A stretch of DNA of 62,682 nt, filler included, from Stramenopiles sp. TOSAG23-2 (lineage: Eukaryota): assembly GCA_900128395.1 (NCBI GenBank). It is 7 parts of 7 records of this genome, joined end to end, with 100 filler letters (N's around TTAATTAATTAA, not from the genome) between each part and the next. Parts side by side here need not be neighbours in the genome. Positions count along the whole stretch, not along the records: positions 23,905 to 35,716 come from LT649896.1; 6 more parts are not named here. One strand, 5' to 3'. A model generated the notes under the pieces. That model did no database searches and had not been told where the DNA came from. It was given only the letters and a program-made list of their open reading frames with translations. The translations under genes were made by a program, and so were the position numbers. Shown in pieces: positions 23,805 through 34,600 of the stretch (position 1 is the first letter of the stretch; the number at the start of each line of letters is the position of its first letter).

Positions 23805-23904
23805 NNNNNNNNNNNNNNNNNNNNNNNNNNNNNNNNNNNNNNNNNNNNTTAATTAATTAANNNNNNNNNNNNNNNNNNNNNNNNNNNNNNNNNNNNNNNN
23901 NNNN
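23805..23904. other. Artificial contig linker
   Basis: N44-TTAATTAATTAA-N44. Confidence 0.99.
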
Positions 23905-24820
23905 TTGCAATTCTTCTCTATAATTGAAATTTCGATGTGATTTATTCAATGAAGTTGTACGAGGTACTAGAGTATATATATGTGTGTGAAAGATATTGAT
24001 GATTTCCAATAGTGTATCGTTTTAAAATACAAAAATTAAAAATATAAAAATAGCCTAAAAAAACTCCCATACGTTTAGCTGTGTTTTAGTTTGGTATAGT
24101 TTTCGTTTTGTTTTGAGTTAGATACATCAAATAGGAAAGAGGACTCAGTAAGTATAGATATTTGTATTGTATAATATTAGTAGTGGGGGATCTTTGTAAC
24201 ATTTTTTATTACATTTATCCTCGTATGCCTGGTATGCATATATCATATTTACTTTTTACGGCATATTAGAGACTGATTCGTAGTTCTATACTCTATACAA
24301 CTCTATAACTCACACAGAGTCGTCCCGAAATGTTGAATTAGTATTCTAATATGAGTATATAAAAATGTACTTAAATATTTTTTTGTCCAACACAATTTGA
24401 CTCAAATGAAGTAGTTATGAAAGATCAAACAATATCACAAAGTCGTGGAGGAGGGATATTTTCATTTGTTAAACATTAGCAAAAAAAGAACGTGCAATTC
24501 ATAAAAGGCGTGAGCACGTGAGTTTCAGTTTTTAAAAAAAATGGTGGTAAATGGTAAATAGTACTGCAAAACACTATCACTCAAGAATAGCTAGTGCAAT
24601 ATAGTATAAATATAGCCTAGGCATTGAAATCGAATTCCATCATCTAGAATCGCAATCAATTATAAAATAATATGAACGAAAAACTTATATCATAACTATT
24701 TTAATTTACATCATATGATATAGAAAATGGTTTAATCTTTTGCGTAAACACGTTCATACGAAATTTCGTAAAATAATTTACCCATTTATTTTTTAATTTA
24801 TTCATGATACTTTTAACTAC

Positions 24821-25864
24821 TTAAAATGATGGCTTTTTTTTCTCCATTCGTTTTTCGAATGAAGTTGACATCTTTTTTTTTGATGCAGTACCAGTTTCAC
24901 GGTATACGTTTCTAGTTAGAAATAACAACAATTCCATTTTTTTATCATAAAACAATGTGTATACCCCACTAATACTGAATAAAGTGATTTGAAGGAAAAT
25001 AGATCTTTGAGTTGCACGTCTCATAAATGTATACTCTTTTCCATAAACTGTGTATTTAAAAAGTACCACACCAACGCCAGAATCACCAAATATACCATTA
25101 TAAATATTAAATGCATTTATAATAATAAAACAACTACCAAACACAAGCACAACAGCTCTGCTTTTTATTTTAAGAGCATCAACACTTATAAATGTGAAAA
25201 CAATAAGCATGTATACAAAACCATAGAACCATGCAATTTCTGACCATGTTGACCTAATTTCGATGATAAAATTTAAAACTGCAAGCAAAATAATACAAAC
25301 AATGTTTGGTTCTCTTAGCAAACGTTTGATCATAAAAAGAGAAACATTTTTGTAAACAAAGAAGCAAACAGAGAGCATAAAAGATACAGCAAAAGTTAAT
25401 ACCATAATATTGCCAAAGACAATATTCTTGATGAAAATAAAATTGATTACGAACGTAAGCACTCCCAAAACCCCAAATAATGCCATACCGCGTTGACTCC
25501 ATTTAACTCTCAAATCAAGAAAACTATCAATGTAAATTTCTTCTCCTAATATTTTTATGCTTTTCCGTCTTACAGTAATGTTATGGTATACCTCAGCCCA
25601 CGAATTCCTATGAATAGCACGAGTATTATTACTAATGCCTTCAGTTTTAGGCAGTGATTCCAATTCCATTGATTGCATAGAGACTTTTGTATCTTCGTTG
25701 GTTGGTTGAGTCATCGCGTCTAAAGACAATGCAAATTGTTGGTCTTTTTCTTCTAGTAATTGTATTTTCTGCAACATTGCTTCAAACTCTTCTTTTGTTG
25801 GTGGGTAACTTATACGATTTCCAGACATGGTAGAAAATGTGATATATAATGTAGATACAGGCAT
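24821..25864 (-). CDS. Multi-pass membrane protein of unknown function
   Basis: 347-aa ORF with about six hydrophobic helices after a soluble N-terminus. Confidence 0.75.
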   Translation of the reverse strand: MPVSTLYITFSTMSGNRISYPPTKEEFEAMLQKIQLLEEKDQQFALSLDAMTQPTNEDTKVSMQSMELESLPKTEGISNNTRAIHRNSWAEVYHNITVRRKSIKILGEEIYIDSFLDLRVKWSQRGMALFGVLGVLTFVINFIFIKNIVFGNIMVLTFAVSFMLSVCFFVYKNVSLFMIKRLLREPNIVCIILLAVLNFIIEIRSTWSEIAWFYGFVYMLIVFTFISVDALKIKSRAVVLVFGSCFIIINAFNIYNGIFGDSGVGVVLFKYTVYGKEYTFMRRATQRSIFLQITLFSISGVYTLFYDKKMELLLFLTRNVYRETGTASKKKMSTSFEKRMEKKKPSF

Positions 25865-26172
25865 AAGGATATGTTCAGGGTACTGACGATGAATATATAC
25901 ATATGTATATATATATATCCATAGTTGTTAATTGTTTATTTATTTATTTTATTTTAGTTTATGTTATACATGTATATATCATTTTGATATTTTTTAGGCA
26001 AATTAAAAAAATCGAATTTCAATAAATAATAATCACATACCCGATATCAAATGAATTAAACGAATTTAAATTAATCAATATTATTTTATTAAGGTAAATG
26101 ATATTCATCAGTTTCTTTCCTCAGTGCTATTCCCCTGTAAAATAATTTTCCAGAAAACTGCCAAGTATATAC

Positions 26173-26345
26173 CGTACCTTCGCTTCGCTCAGTTTTTGTA
26201 CTTGTACATAAACTGAGCGTGGCCGTAGAAGGTACGCCCTATCATGGGTTTAGTCCTGGCCGTATAGGAGCTAGTTATAGCAGGGTTTAGCTGGTAGCCA
26301 GGTTAGAGCTAGCCAGCTAGCTCAGCTAGCCAGGTTAGCCCGCTA
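26173..26345. repeat. GC-rich hairpin-bearing dispersed element (related copy at 51321-51428)
   Basis: Nested IRs CGTACCTTC/GAAGGTACG and CGCTCAGTTT/AAACTGAGCG; TACGCCCTATCATG-GGTTTAGTCCTGGCCGTATA is shared with contig 5. Confidence 0.75.
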
Positions 26346-26582
26346 TCCTCGTAGTCGTCGTCTAACAACCGTTATTATTACTAACCTCCCTTAATAACTT
26401 TTTTATTACCTGTAACTTAAATGCTACATGTAAATCTAGTAAGTAAATATAATATACTAATAATAGTTCTAATAGTTGCTATACACTCATCATATATATT
26501 CATTCACATTGTACATATACATTATTTATTGTTTTGGAGATTGGAGTATCAATTCTGTAGTTTTCATTTTTGTTTATTAAAA

Positions 26583-27770
26583 ATGACATCGCACGCAAGG
26601 CATAGTAGATCTACCCGTTCAAGAACAAGAATACAAACCAATAACAACAGAAACAACAACAATGTTTTCTCAACTACATTAGATGCTGCTGCATTACAAG
26701 CACACTTTACTAGATCATTAAATTTATCACTTGGAACAAAAGATTTTACACGTCAACGTATACGTCGTACGCGAAATGCTAATAATAATAATAGTCAACA
26801 ACAACAACAAAATGTACCTTCGCGTAGTCTACAGCAACAACAAGAGCGTATTGCTCAAAACGCTAGAAATGAAGCTGATAGAAGACGAAGGCGTAATAAT
26901 AATCGACAAAGTGATTTTCCAGAAACTACATTAGCACAAAGTCGTGGTTTAATAAAAGGTCCAAAAATTATATCTGAAGATGAATGGAAAAAAATTGAAT
27001 TAACACATGAACAGCGTGAATATGGTAGAGGGACTGAAGTTATATGTCCAATTTGTTGCGATAGTCTTGGGATGAAGGCACAACATATTTTATGTTGCTC
27101 ACATGTTTTTCATACCGATTGTTTAGAATCATTTGAACGCTTTATTAAATCTAGCGTAGATCGTACTTGCCCAATGTGTAGAAAACCACAATATCAAAAG
27201 AAGAAATATTATCGTGGTGTGAAATTGCATCGACATCACAGTGCATGTAAAATACAATCGTATTTTAGGGGCTATGTTTGTAGAGTCAAATTTAGTAAAG
27301 AATTAGTAAAATTTTATGGCACAGGAGCCGGTAATCGAGAACGAGCACATAATTTTTTCGCAAATCGTGTTGGAAATGCAACCAATAAATTAGTACAACA
27401 TATACAAAGAAAAGAAGATGCCGTAGACGCATTATTTGCAGAACTTGATCAAAGTTTAGCCATAAGTCGCAGTATTTTTGGAGGCACTGAAGAATTGAAA
27501 GATGGTGTTAGATGGGATAATATACGTGAACAAGCATTAATACGATGTGAAGAAAATTGTCCTATATGTATGTGTAACTTTGCGACAACAAAACGGAAAA
27601 GAAAGAAAGTATTACTTAGCTGTACACACGTTTTTCATGAGAAATGTATTGAAGCATTTGAAAACTTCAATTCAAACAAATTATTACAAAATTGTCCTGT
27701 ATGTCGATCTGCATATACACGTATTGAATATAGTATTTCACCAGTTCGTATTAATAAAAAAGTATTTTAA
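26583..27770 (+). CDS. RNF32: RING finger protein 32-like (RING-H2, IQ, RING-H2)
   Basis: TLAQSRGLI..SEDEWKKI, CPICC..CSHVFHTDCLESFERF..CPMCR, IQSYFRGYVCR IQ motif, second RING. Start placed at ATG 26583 because the upstream frame looks UTR-like. Confidence 0.9.
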   Translation: MTSHARHSRSTRSRTRIQTNNNRNNNNVFSTTLDAAALQAHFTRSLNLSLGTKDFTRQRIRRTRNANNNNSQQQQQNVPSRSLQQQQERIAQNARNEADRRRRRNNNRQSDFPETTLAQSRGLIKGPKIISEDEWKKIELTHEQREYGRGTEVICPICCDSLGMKAQHILCCSHVFHTDCLESFERFIKSSVDRTCPMCRKPQYQKKKYYRGVKLHRHHSACKIQSYFRGYVCRVKFSKELVKFYGTGAGNRERAHNFFANRVGNATNKLVQHIQRKEDAVDALFAELDQSLAISRSIFGGTEELKDGVRWDNIREQALIRCEENCPICMCNFATTKRKRKKVLLSCTHVFHEKCIEAFENFNSNKLLQNCPVCRSAYTRIEYSISPVRINKKVF

Positions 27771-27895
27771 ATATAATGTAAAAAAGGAAGAAGTATGATA
27801 TGATGGTTAAAATCTAAGTTATAAGTATTTTTAGCAGGTAAATATGCCCTAGTAGTGTCGAGTATAAAGCAATGTATAACATATAGGACAATCTG

Positions 27896-28104
27896 CATGG
27901 CACACGAAAAAAAACGTGTGCCATATAAATTTAATTGTTATTATTGTTATTTTTTATGTATTTGGGCCGAAATCGATTTCGGCCCAAAAAATAATTTTGT
28001 GTTAGTGTGCCATGACTTTACTCGTTCGCAGTGCTACCCTCTAAACCGTGTCCCATAGTGAATAGTGTTAAGTGCACAGTTTTGACACGGTTTAGAGGGT
28101 AGCA
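27896..28104. mobile_element. Cluster of inverted repeats, MITE-like
   Basis: 10-bp stem at 27897-27924, perfect 28-bp palindrome at 27961-27988, perfect 21-bp IR at 28032-28052/28084-28104. Confidence 0.65.
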
Positions 28105-29185
28105 ATTTCAACTGTCCAATCAAATGGAGGCAAGACCAATCCATTATTTTCACATTTGAATGTCATATTTCCCCTTGAACCAATTTGTCCAAGCACTGTT
28201 AGCCAGACGCGTGGCATACCAGCAACAAAATCTACACGACCTTTCTTTGAGACGGCATCGCTGGGTGTAATAGATGATGATGGTGACAATAACAATAAGA
28301 ATAATAAGAAGAAAAGCTCTGCTGGTATAGAATGTCCCATTTGTATGGAAATATGCCCTGATGTGGAGACGTTGCCCCACGCTGGCAGTAAAACATTGAC
28401 ACGTACAAATAGTGGTAGAAATATTGAATCACATAAAGCATGTGGTACCTGTCGAGCGAAAATGTTGAAGCATAATCAAAAATGCCCATGGTGTCGAGAT
28501 GAAGTTGTATGGAAAGTTGTACTGGATTTTCTTGATGGAATCAAAAAAAATATCGGAATTGCGCATAATCCAGATACACTGGCAGATTTAATGTCACAAT
28601 GGCAAATATACGAAGTAACTCGCAGCAATTCAGATGTTATTTTATTTGCAAGAGACATGGTAGAGGATGTTGCAATGTGTGCTCATTTAGATCGATGTAT
28701 TCGTTCTAACCCTCCGTTTTTACGAGATTCGTTCGGTTTATGGCTTCGTTTTTATGCAATGGCGAAGGAAGGTGAATTAAAATTATCACCAGAACATTTT
28801 CAACGTTTAGAAAAAGCTGTGCAAGTTGGAATGAAATGCTTTGCATCAAATGGTGGTGGAGCTCCGCAGCATGGTGGGGCAATGTATACACAAGCAGTTG
28901 TAGCTTTATTATGTGCATCGCAAAATGGCATGGGGACAAATATAATTAAGTAAGTAAATTCTACCCCCAACCTGATAAAAAGGACACCTTCTCTAACACA
29001 TTCATAATGCGCTATATACGCTCCACAGAACTTATACTAAAGAAATTGGGCAAATTATTGTTAAATCATGGAAGAATAAAAAAAAGGGAATAAAAGAACG
29101 ATTAACAAGAGATTATGCATCAGCCGTTAGTGATCTTGCATGGGGCGGGTCAAATAATGATATTGTTTATAAAACATTTTTTTAA
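28096..29185 (+). CDS. RING-type zinc-finger protein, two visible exons (to 28949; 29029-29185), 5' end unresolved
   Basis: CPICME..HKACGTC..CPWCR; a 79-bp intron GTAAGT..CTAAC..CAG (28950-29028) removes the stop and continues in frame to TAA 29183-29185. Confidence 0.75.
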
Positions 29186-29478
29186 ATTTAAAAAGTAAAA
29201 TTATATAAAAATATTAAAAAAATATATAAAATTAAATATATATATATATAAAAAAAATTTTAATATTTTGCATTAAATAATATATCATGTTGTGCGTAAT
29301 CAAGATATTATATATCATAATATACACTCTTCTTGTACGAATAATTTTGTTATAAAATATCAAATATATCATATATACGAGTATATTATTATATAAAATT
29401 GAATTTGTTATACATACGAGTATATATTATAATATGTGCGTGCATTTATTTTTTTTTTTAAATTGAATTACATTTTAT

Positions 29479-31089
29479 TCAAGCAAAACTTTCCCCCACC
29501 ATTTCTATCTCATGCAATAAAAAATCTAAATCAGTTTTCTCTACTCTTGGTTGATTTATAATTATACGAAAAAAATTTGGTAAATCATGATGACCGTCCC
29601 TTAAAGGGTTGTAGCAACATAATGCATAGCCACGTTTTTGCATTTTATAATAAATCGCTTCATTTACTTCATGTAATGTATTGTAAATAATGCTCTCATT
29701 ATTATTAGCAACATGTTCAATAGGATTAAAACCACCGTTGCAAAATTTTTCCATTTCAGGCTTGATTTCAGATCTGATTTTTGAAGGAACATACCAAAAG
29801 CAAATATTCAAATACATTGGGTCCTCAACTAATAAAAAGGTATTTTTTCTTATCGTGCGTTTTATAATTTCCTCTTTAAAATATTTTGCATTTGCAAATG
29901 CTTTATTAATACGTGTTTCATATCCATATACACCATGATATTTCCAACTCAACCATATCTTTAATGAATCTGCTCGTCTTCCACATTGTAATGTTTTATC
30001 ACCTAAATCATATTCCGAAGCCTCATGTTCATGGAATAAATATTCGGCGCCACTAGAATTAGATTCCTCTAACAATTTCAAATGATTATTAATTAACAAT
30101 ACAGAGCAATAAACTGGGATGCCCATTGTTTTATGAGGATTCCAAACGATTGAATCACATAATTCAGCACCATTTAACAAATATTTATATTTTGTTGACA
30201 TACATACACTTCCTCCCCAACATGCATCAATATGGAACCAACATTTATATTTTTTACATAGCCTAGCAACTTCTATAAAGTTATCGAATCCACCCATGAC
30301 AGTTGTACCGGCAGTTGCTGAAATAAAAAAAGGTATTTTACCATTCACATCAACTGCTTGCTGCAGTTTTGATTCTAAATCACTAATAATCATGCAACCT
30401 TTACGATCTGTTTTCACTTTGATGCAGTTATTCATGCCAAACCCAGCAATCATTGCTGCGCGTTTGATGCTATAATGTGATTGTGAACCAGTCAAACAAA
30501 TTGCATTCATAGGATTACTCCATCCATTCAATTTGACTGTTGAAAATTTATAATGTCGCGCAACTATTAATGCAGTTAAATTTGATTGAGATCCACCAGG
30601 GTTTAAACATCCATCTACCCTTTCCAAATCTTTGAATCCAACCAGTTTCGCCATAGCTTTAATCACTGCACGTTCCATTGTTGAATATACAGGTGCGACT
30701 GCATATGTATGACAATTGGTATTTGTGACAGATATTATTAATTCAGAAATTTGCCCAATTATATCTGATCCTGCATATAATTTATCAAAAAAACGTGGGT
30801 GTGATGTACGAACTGAATATTTCAAAACATTTTCTACTATTTTAGATACTTCTACTAGTGTTACATTACTCTTAGAATTAGATGTTGACAATGGAATATC
30901 TAAAGTTTCTATTAATTTATTTGGATGTAAATATTCAATAACTTTTGTCGTTTCAATTCCATTTTCCAACAAATACTTCTTAATAATTGGCATGATTAAT
31001 TCAAATAATTTTTCCATCTCGTTCACTTCATTTTTATAATCTTTTCGCACATCATATTTTGTCATTGATATTGTTGCCATGCTTGTCAT
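29479..31089 (-). CDS. Group II PLP decarboxylase, GAD/CSAD/GADL1-like
   Basis: YSVRTSHPRFFDKL, PGGSQSN, SHYSIKRAA, ATAGTTVMGGFD, HIDACWGG, WNPHK (PLP Lys), GDKTLQCGRRADSLKIW. Confidence 0.93.
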   Translation of the reverse strand: MTSMATISMTKYDVRKDYKNEVNEMEKLFELIMPIIKKYLLENGIETTKVIEYLHPNKLIETLDIPLSTSNSKSNVTLVEVSKIVENVLKYSVRTSHPRFFDKLYAGSDIIGQISELIISVTNTNCHTYAVAPVYSTMERAVIKAMAKLVGFKDLERVDGCLNPGGSQSNLTALIVARHYKFSTVKLNGWSNPMNAICLTGSQSHYSIKRAAMIAGFGMNNCIKVKTDRKGCMIISDLESKLQQAVDVNGKIPFFISATAGTTVMGGFDNFIEVARLCKKYKCWFHIDACWGGSVCMSTKYKYLLNGAELCDSIVWNPHKTMGIPVYCSVLLINNHLKLLEESNSSGAEYLFHEHEASEYDLGDKTLQCGRRADSLKIWLSWKYHGVYGYETRINKAFANAKYFKEEIIKRTIRKNTFLLVEDPMYLNICFWYVPSKIRSEIKPEMEKFCNGGFNPIEHVANNNESIIYNTLHEVNEAIYYKMQKRGYALCCYNPLRDGHHDLPNFFRIIINQPRVEKTDLDFLLHEIEMVGESFA

Positions 31090-31617
31090 TTTCCATATGG
31101 CAGAAGAAAAAATGTATAATCGAATTGTGGAATAAATTAATGCATTATCTAAATATCTATTATGTGCCATATACAGAGGTTATTATTTGAAATTATTTAT
31201 ATATTAATATCATTTTTTCATCAGGAAGAAGTAAAGTGTTTTGCTTTTGTTGTGCTTTTCGTACCTGTAGTACTCTTTTTACCGACTTACCGACCTGTTG
31301 TTGTTGTGCCAGGTATTATAGTATTAATAGATCAGAGAATGGAAATATATGTATATAAATATGTCATATATGATATAATATAAATTATTTTAAAAACATT
31401 GGCACATTTTGGTATTTATTAAAATATTTAATAATATAAAATATATATATATATTTTAATATATATATATTAAATATATACAAGCGCATTTGTATTAAAA
31501 CAACTTGGTAATTATACCCCATCATCAAAATATACATATCTCTACACATTTAAGTATCTCAATTATTATCACAATCTTCGCACACTATTATATCATACTT
31601 CGTATTTATTTTCTTCT

Positions 31618-34600
31618 TTATTGCATAGAAAAATTCATTAATAATTGTTGCAATTGTGGTATGCCAGTCATTCCTTTGAAGAATTCATTTTTGTCAATAT
31701 CACCTGAACGATCCTCATCAACCATTTGGAAAAGTTGTTGCGCCATTAGCTGCGCATCTTGAAAGCTAGTATTATCGATCATTTTGATCATTTGCGTCAC
31801 TTCCCCAGGATCTAAAGTACCGCTATCATCAAAATCAAACGCATCAAATAATATATCGACTCGATCTCTTGGGGAAAACATTAAAGACCATGCCATCGCC
31901 AATTCTTTGATGTCAACTGAACCACCACCATCTGCATCCATTGCATTGAATAAATTCTCCCCAGTTCTACGATCTGCGCGAGCTTCTCGGCTCAGTATAT
32001 CTACAAATTCGCGGCGTTGAATACCGCGAACTCCATTTTGAACCGCAGCGCGTTTAAAGACCCCCCATAGTCGATGTAAATCTGTGGCATTTATATTCCG
32101 TCTCATGTTTTTCATCAACAGGGGTAAATCCTCAACACCACCACCACCTCTGCCATATCCACCACCACCTCTACTATAACCACCGCCACCTCTTCCACGG
32201 CCACCACTTGAACGAACAGTTGCTAGAAATTCAATCGGTCTTCGTCTTGATAATGCACCATTAACTGCATTTTGCAATGTGTCCTGTGTTGAGCATTCGA
32301 TCCATACAGGAGGGTTTCTGCTAAAGTCGTGGTAAGACACTTCCGTTATTTGGTCTCCACCTGGTGAATTCATCGTTAAATGTTTTTTCAATCTCATGAT
32401 TGGTAAATTTGATGGGATACCTTCGATTTGTTGTGGGCGTTGACGCTGGCCATTCACGCTCCATACTACTTGTACTGGGATCTGTTGTGCCCCTAACATA
32501 ACTTGTCCGCCCATTCCCGTGCCATTCATACCACCCATCATCATTTGCCCATTCATACCCATTGCCATCATACCATCAATTGCCATGCCACCAGGACCAC
32601 TTCGCATTTGGCTTTGTTGGAACAGCATATCTAACGTTCGTACCATTGGCTGAACACGCTGTACAATTTGGCTGGAAAATTGATCACCTTGCGATGCACG
32701 TGGTTGGTGCATTTCTACTAGTACGTTTAAAAAGTTACGAGCTTGGCCTTCTACACTATGTTCTACACCAGTTGCACCTTGGGCAAGTGCCCAACGTTGG
32801 GGTGAATTTGTCTTGACCTCCTGTACAATGGTATTCAATAATTGTTCAATATTGCCAATGTGACCGAGGTTAAATTTACGCAAAAATTCATTTCCATTAG
32901 TTCCTGATGTATTCACGCTACCTTCTTCTCCTCCTTTTGCAACAATAGATAACATTTTTAATGAGTTTCTTACTAAGACAAAATTGAATGTATCCCCAGA
33001 GTAATTCAATGTTTGAGCGGTAACTTCATCTTGCGTTTTAAATTTCGTAACGCAGCTCATTAATCCTTCAATTAAACCCATGTTCACCATATCGCGCAAT
33101 TCTCGCAATGATGCTTTTTTACTTAGCTGAAATAAAACATTTGATGCACGTGACTGCAATTCACTATCGTTGTTCATTATTTGCAAAATTAAACGCACCA
33201 TGCCTTTTTGCCTTAAAATGGGAGTACGCAACGATGAATTTCTACAAACGGCAGTTAAAAGCTCAGCCGCTGCCTTCCTCAATGTCCCATGTGCCCGGGA
33301 TTCCAACATATATTCTATCAATTGTGGCAAATTACTATTATGCAGCAACTCCGCTCCACGATCCTCATCGGAAACCAGGATAGCTTCGACGCACTTCATA
33401 GCAGAAAGCACGCACCGCATCAAATCACTACGTTTTTGCAAACCAGCTACATTGTTCCCGCTGCCACTTCCTCGGTCTTCACTGTCTTCCAATACTTTTG
33501 CAGAAATTTGTATATATTGTAATGCTCGAGTCAAAATTATTTGCAAACGTTGAGGTTGAAGATTTTCATATACACCTGGATAAATAGCCGTGATACCAAT
33601 AAAACAGCAAGTAACTGCTTGTGTAATGCAAGAAGTAATTGCATCTCCAGTCGTTCCTGGTGGCAACGGTTTGCACAATATTGCTGGCAAATGATTATTC
33701 CGCCCAGTTGGATCACACGTTTGGATAACTTGTATCAATCGTGGCCATAAACCGCAATCCAATAATCGTTTAAAAGGTCCTCCCCCCATCTCCCATATAG
33801 GCTGCGCATGTGTATGGCCGCATAAAATACACAGCGTCCACATTAAACCAGCAGCAACTTCTGGGTGCATTCCACCGCGAGATCGTGCTCCTAGATCTTG
33901 CCTTGGATTCAATGAATCGATTATCAACTTTAAAACTCCTAAATCAACCAATGCACTACGAGCTTCTTCATCGTGTGCTGCAAATGCGCCTAAAACTTGG
34001 ATGCACTTTTTGACTACCATTGAAATACCATTGTGACGCCAAAACATTGATGCAGCCATCACGGAAGATGCGGTCAATAAACGCATTAATATTTGAACCG
34101 TGTTGCCAATACCAGGTATTTGTGCCCTTAGGGCATCTTTTTTGGTTGCCATCCTATCTGTATGCCATTCGTTATTCACAGGAGTATGTGCTACTCGCGG
34201 ACCTGGTAAATATAAATATAAAAAATCAAGTGCTATCTCTTGTACTTTCCAAACCGTTTCTGGATCAAACTGGCCACTATTTGCATCTAGCGTTAAAAAA
34301 TTATTCAACACGGCTGTGACTGCATCTCCATCTCGAACTTGTTTAAACAACATAAATATAACTTCTGCCACGTCCCAACGATCTGCTGGGGTTGGAAATA
34401 CATCCAATATCGCCATGATTTGCGCAAGGTAATTTATTGCATGAAACCGAACGTCCATCGTTTGCCCATTTCTTAAATTTTGTACTTGTTGCTGCAAGCG
34501 TCCAGCTGCAATTTCATTTCGAACGCTTTCAATAAATTGAATACGTTGATCTGGTCCTACTACTTTGGGCTCACGACCCATCAACCAAAAACTATCAAAG

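Noticed and set aside
24168-24195. U1 snRNA-like TAGTGGGGGA
   Set aside because: There is no ATACTTACCTG 5' end, Sm site or terminal stem-loop.
26246-26340. Telomere array or telomerase RNA template (GGGTTTAG words)
   Set aside because: The words are isolated single units inside a dispersed repeat, not tandem and not at a contig end.
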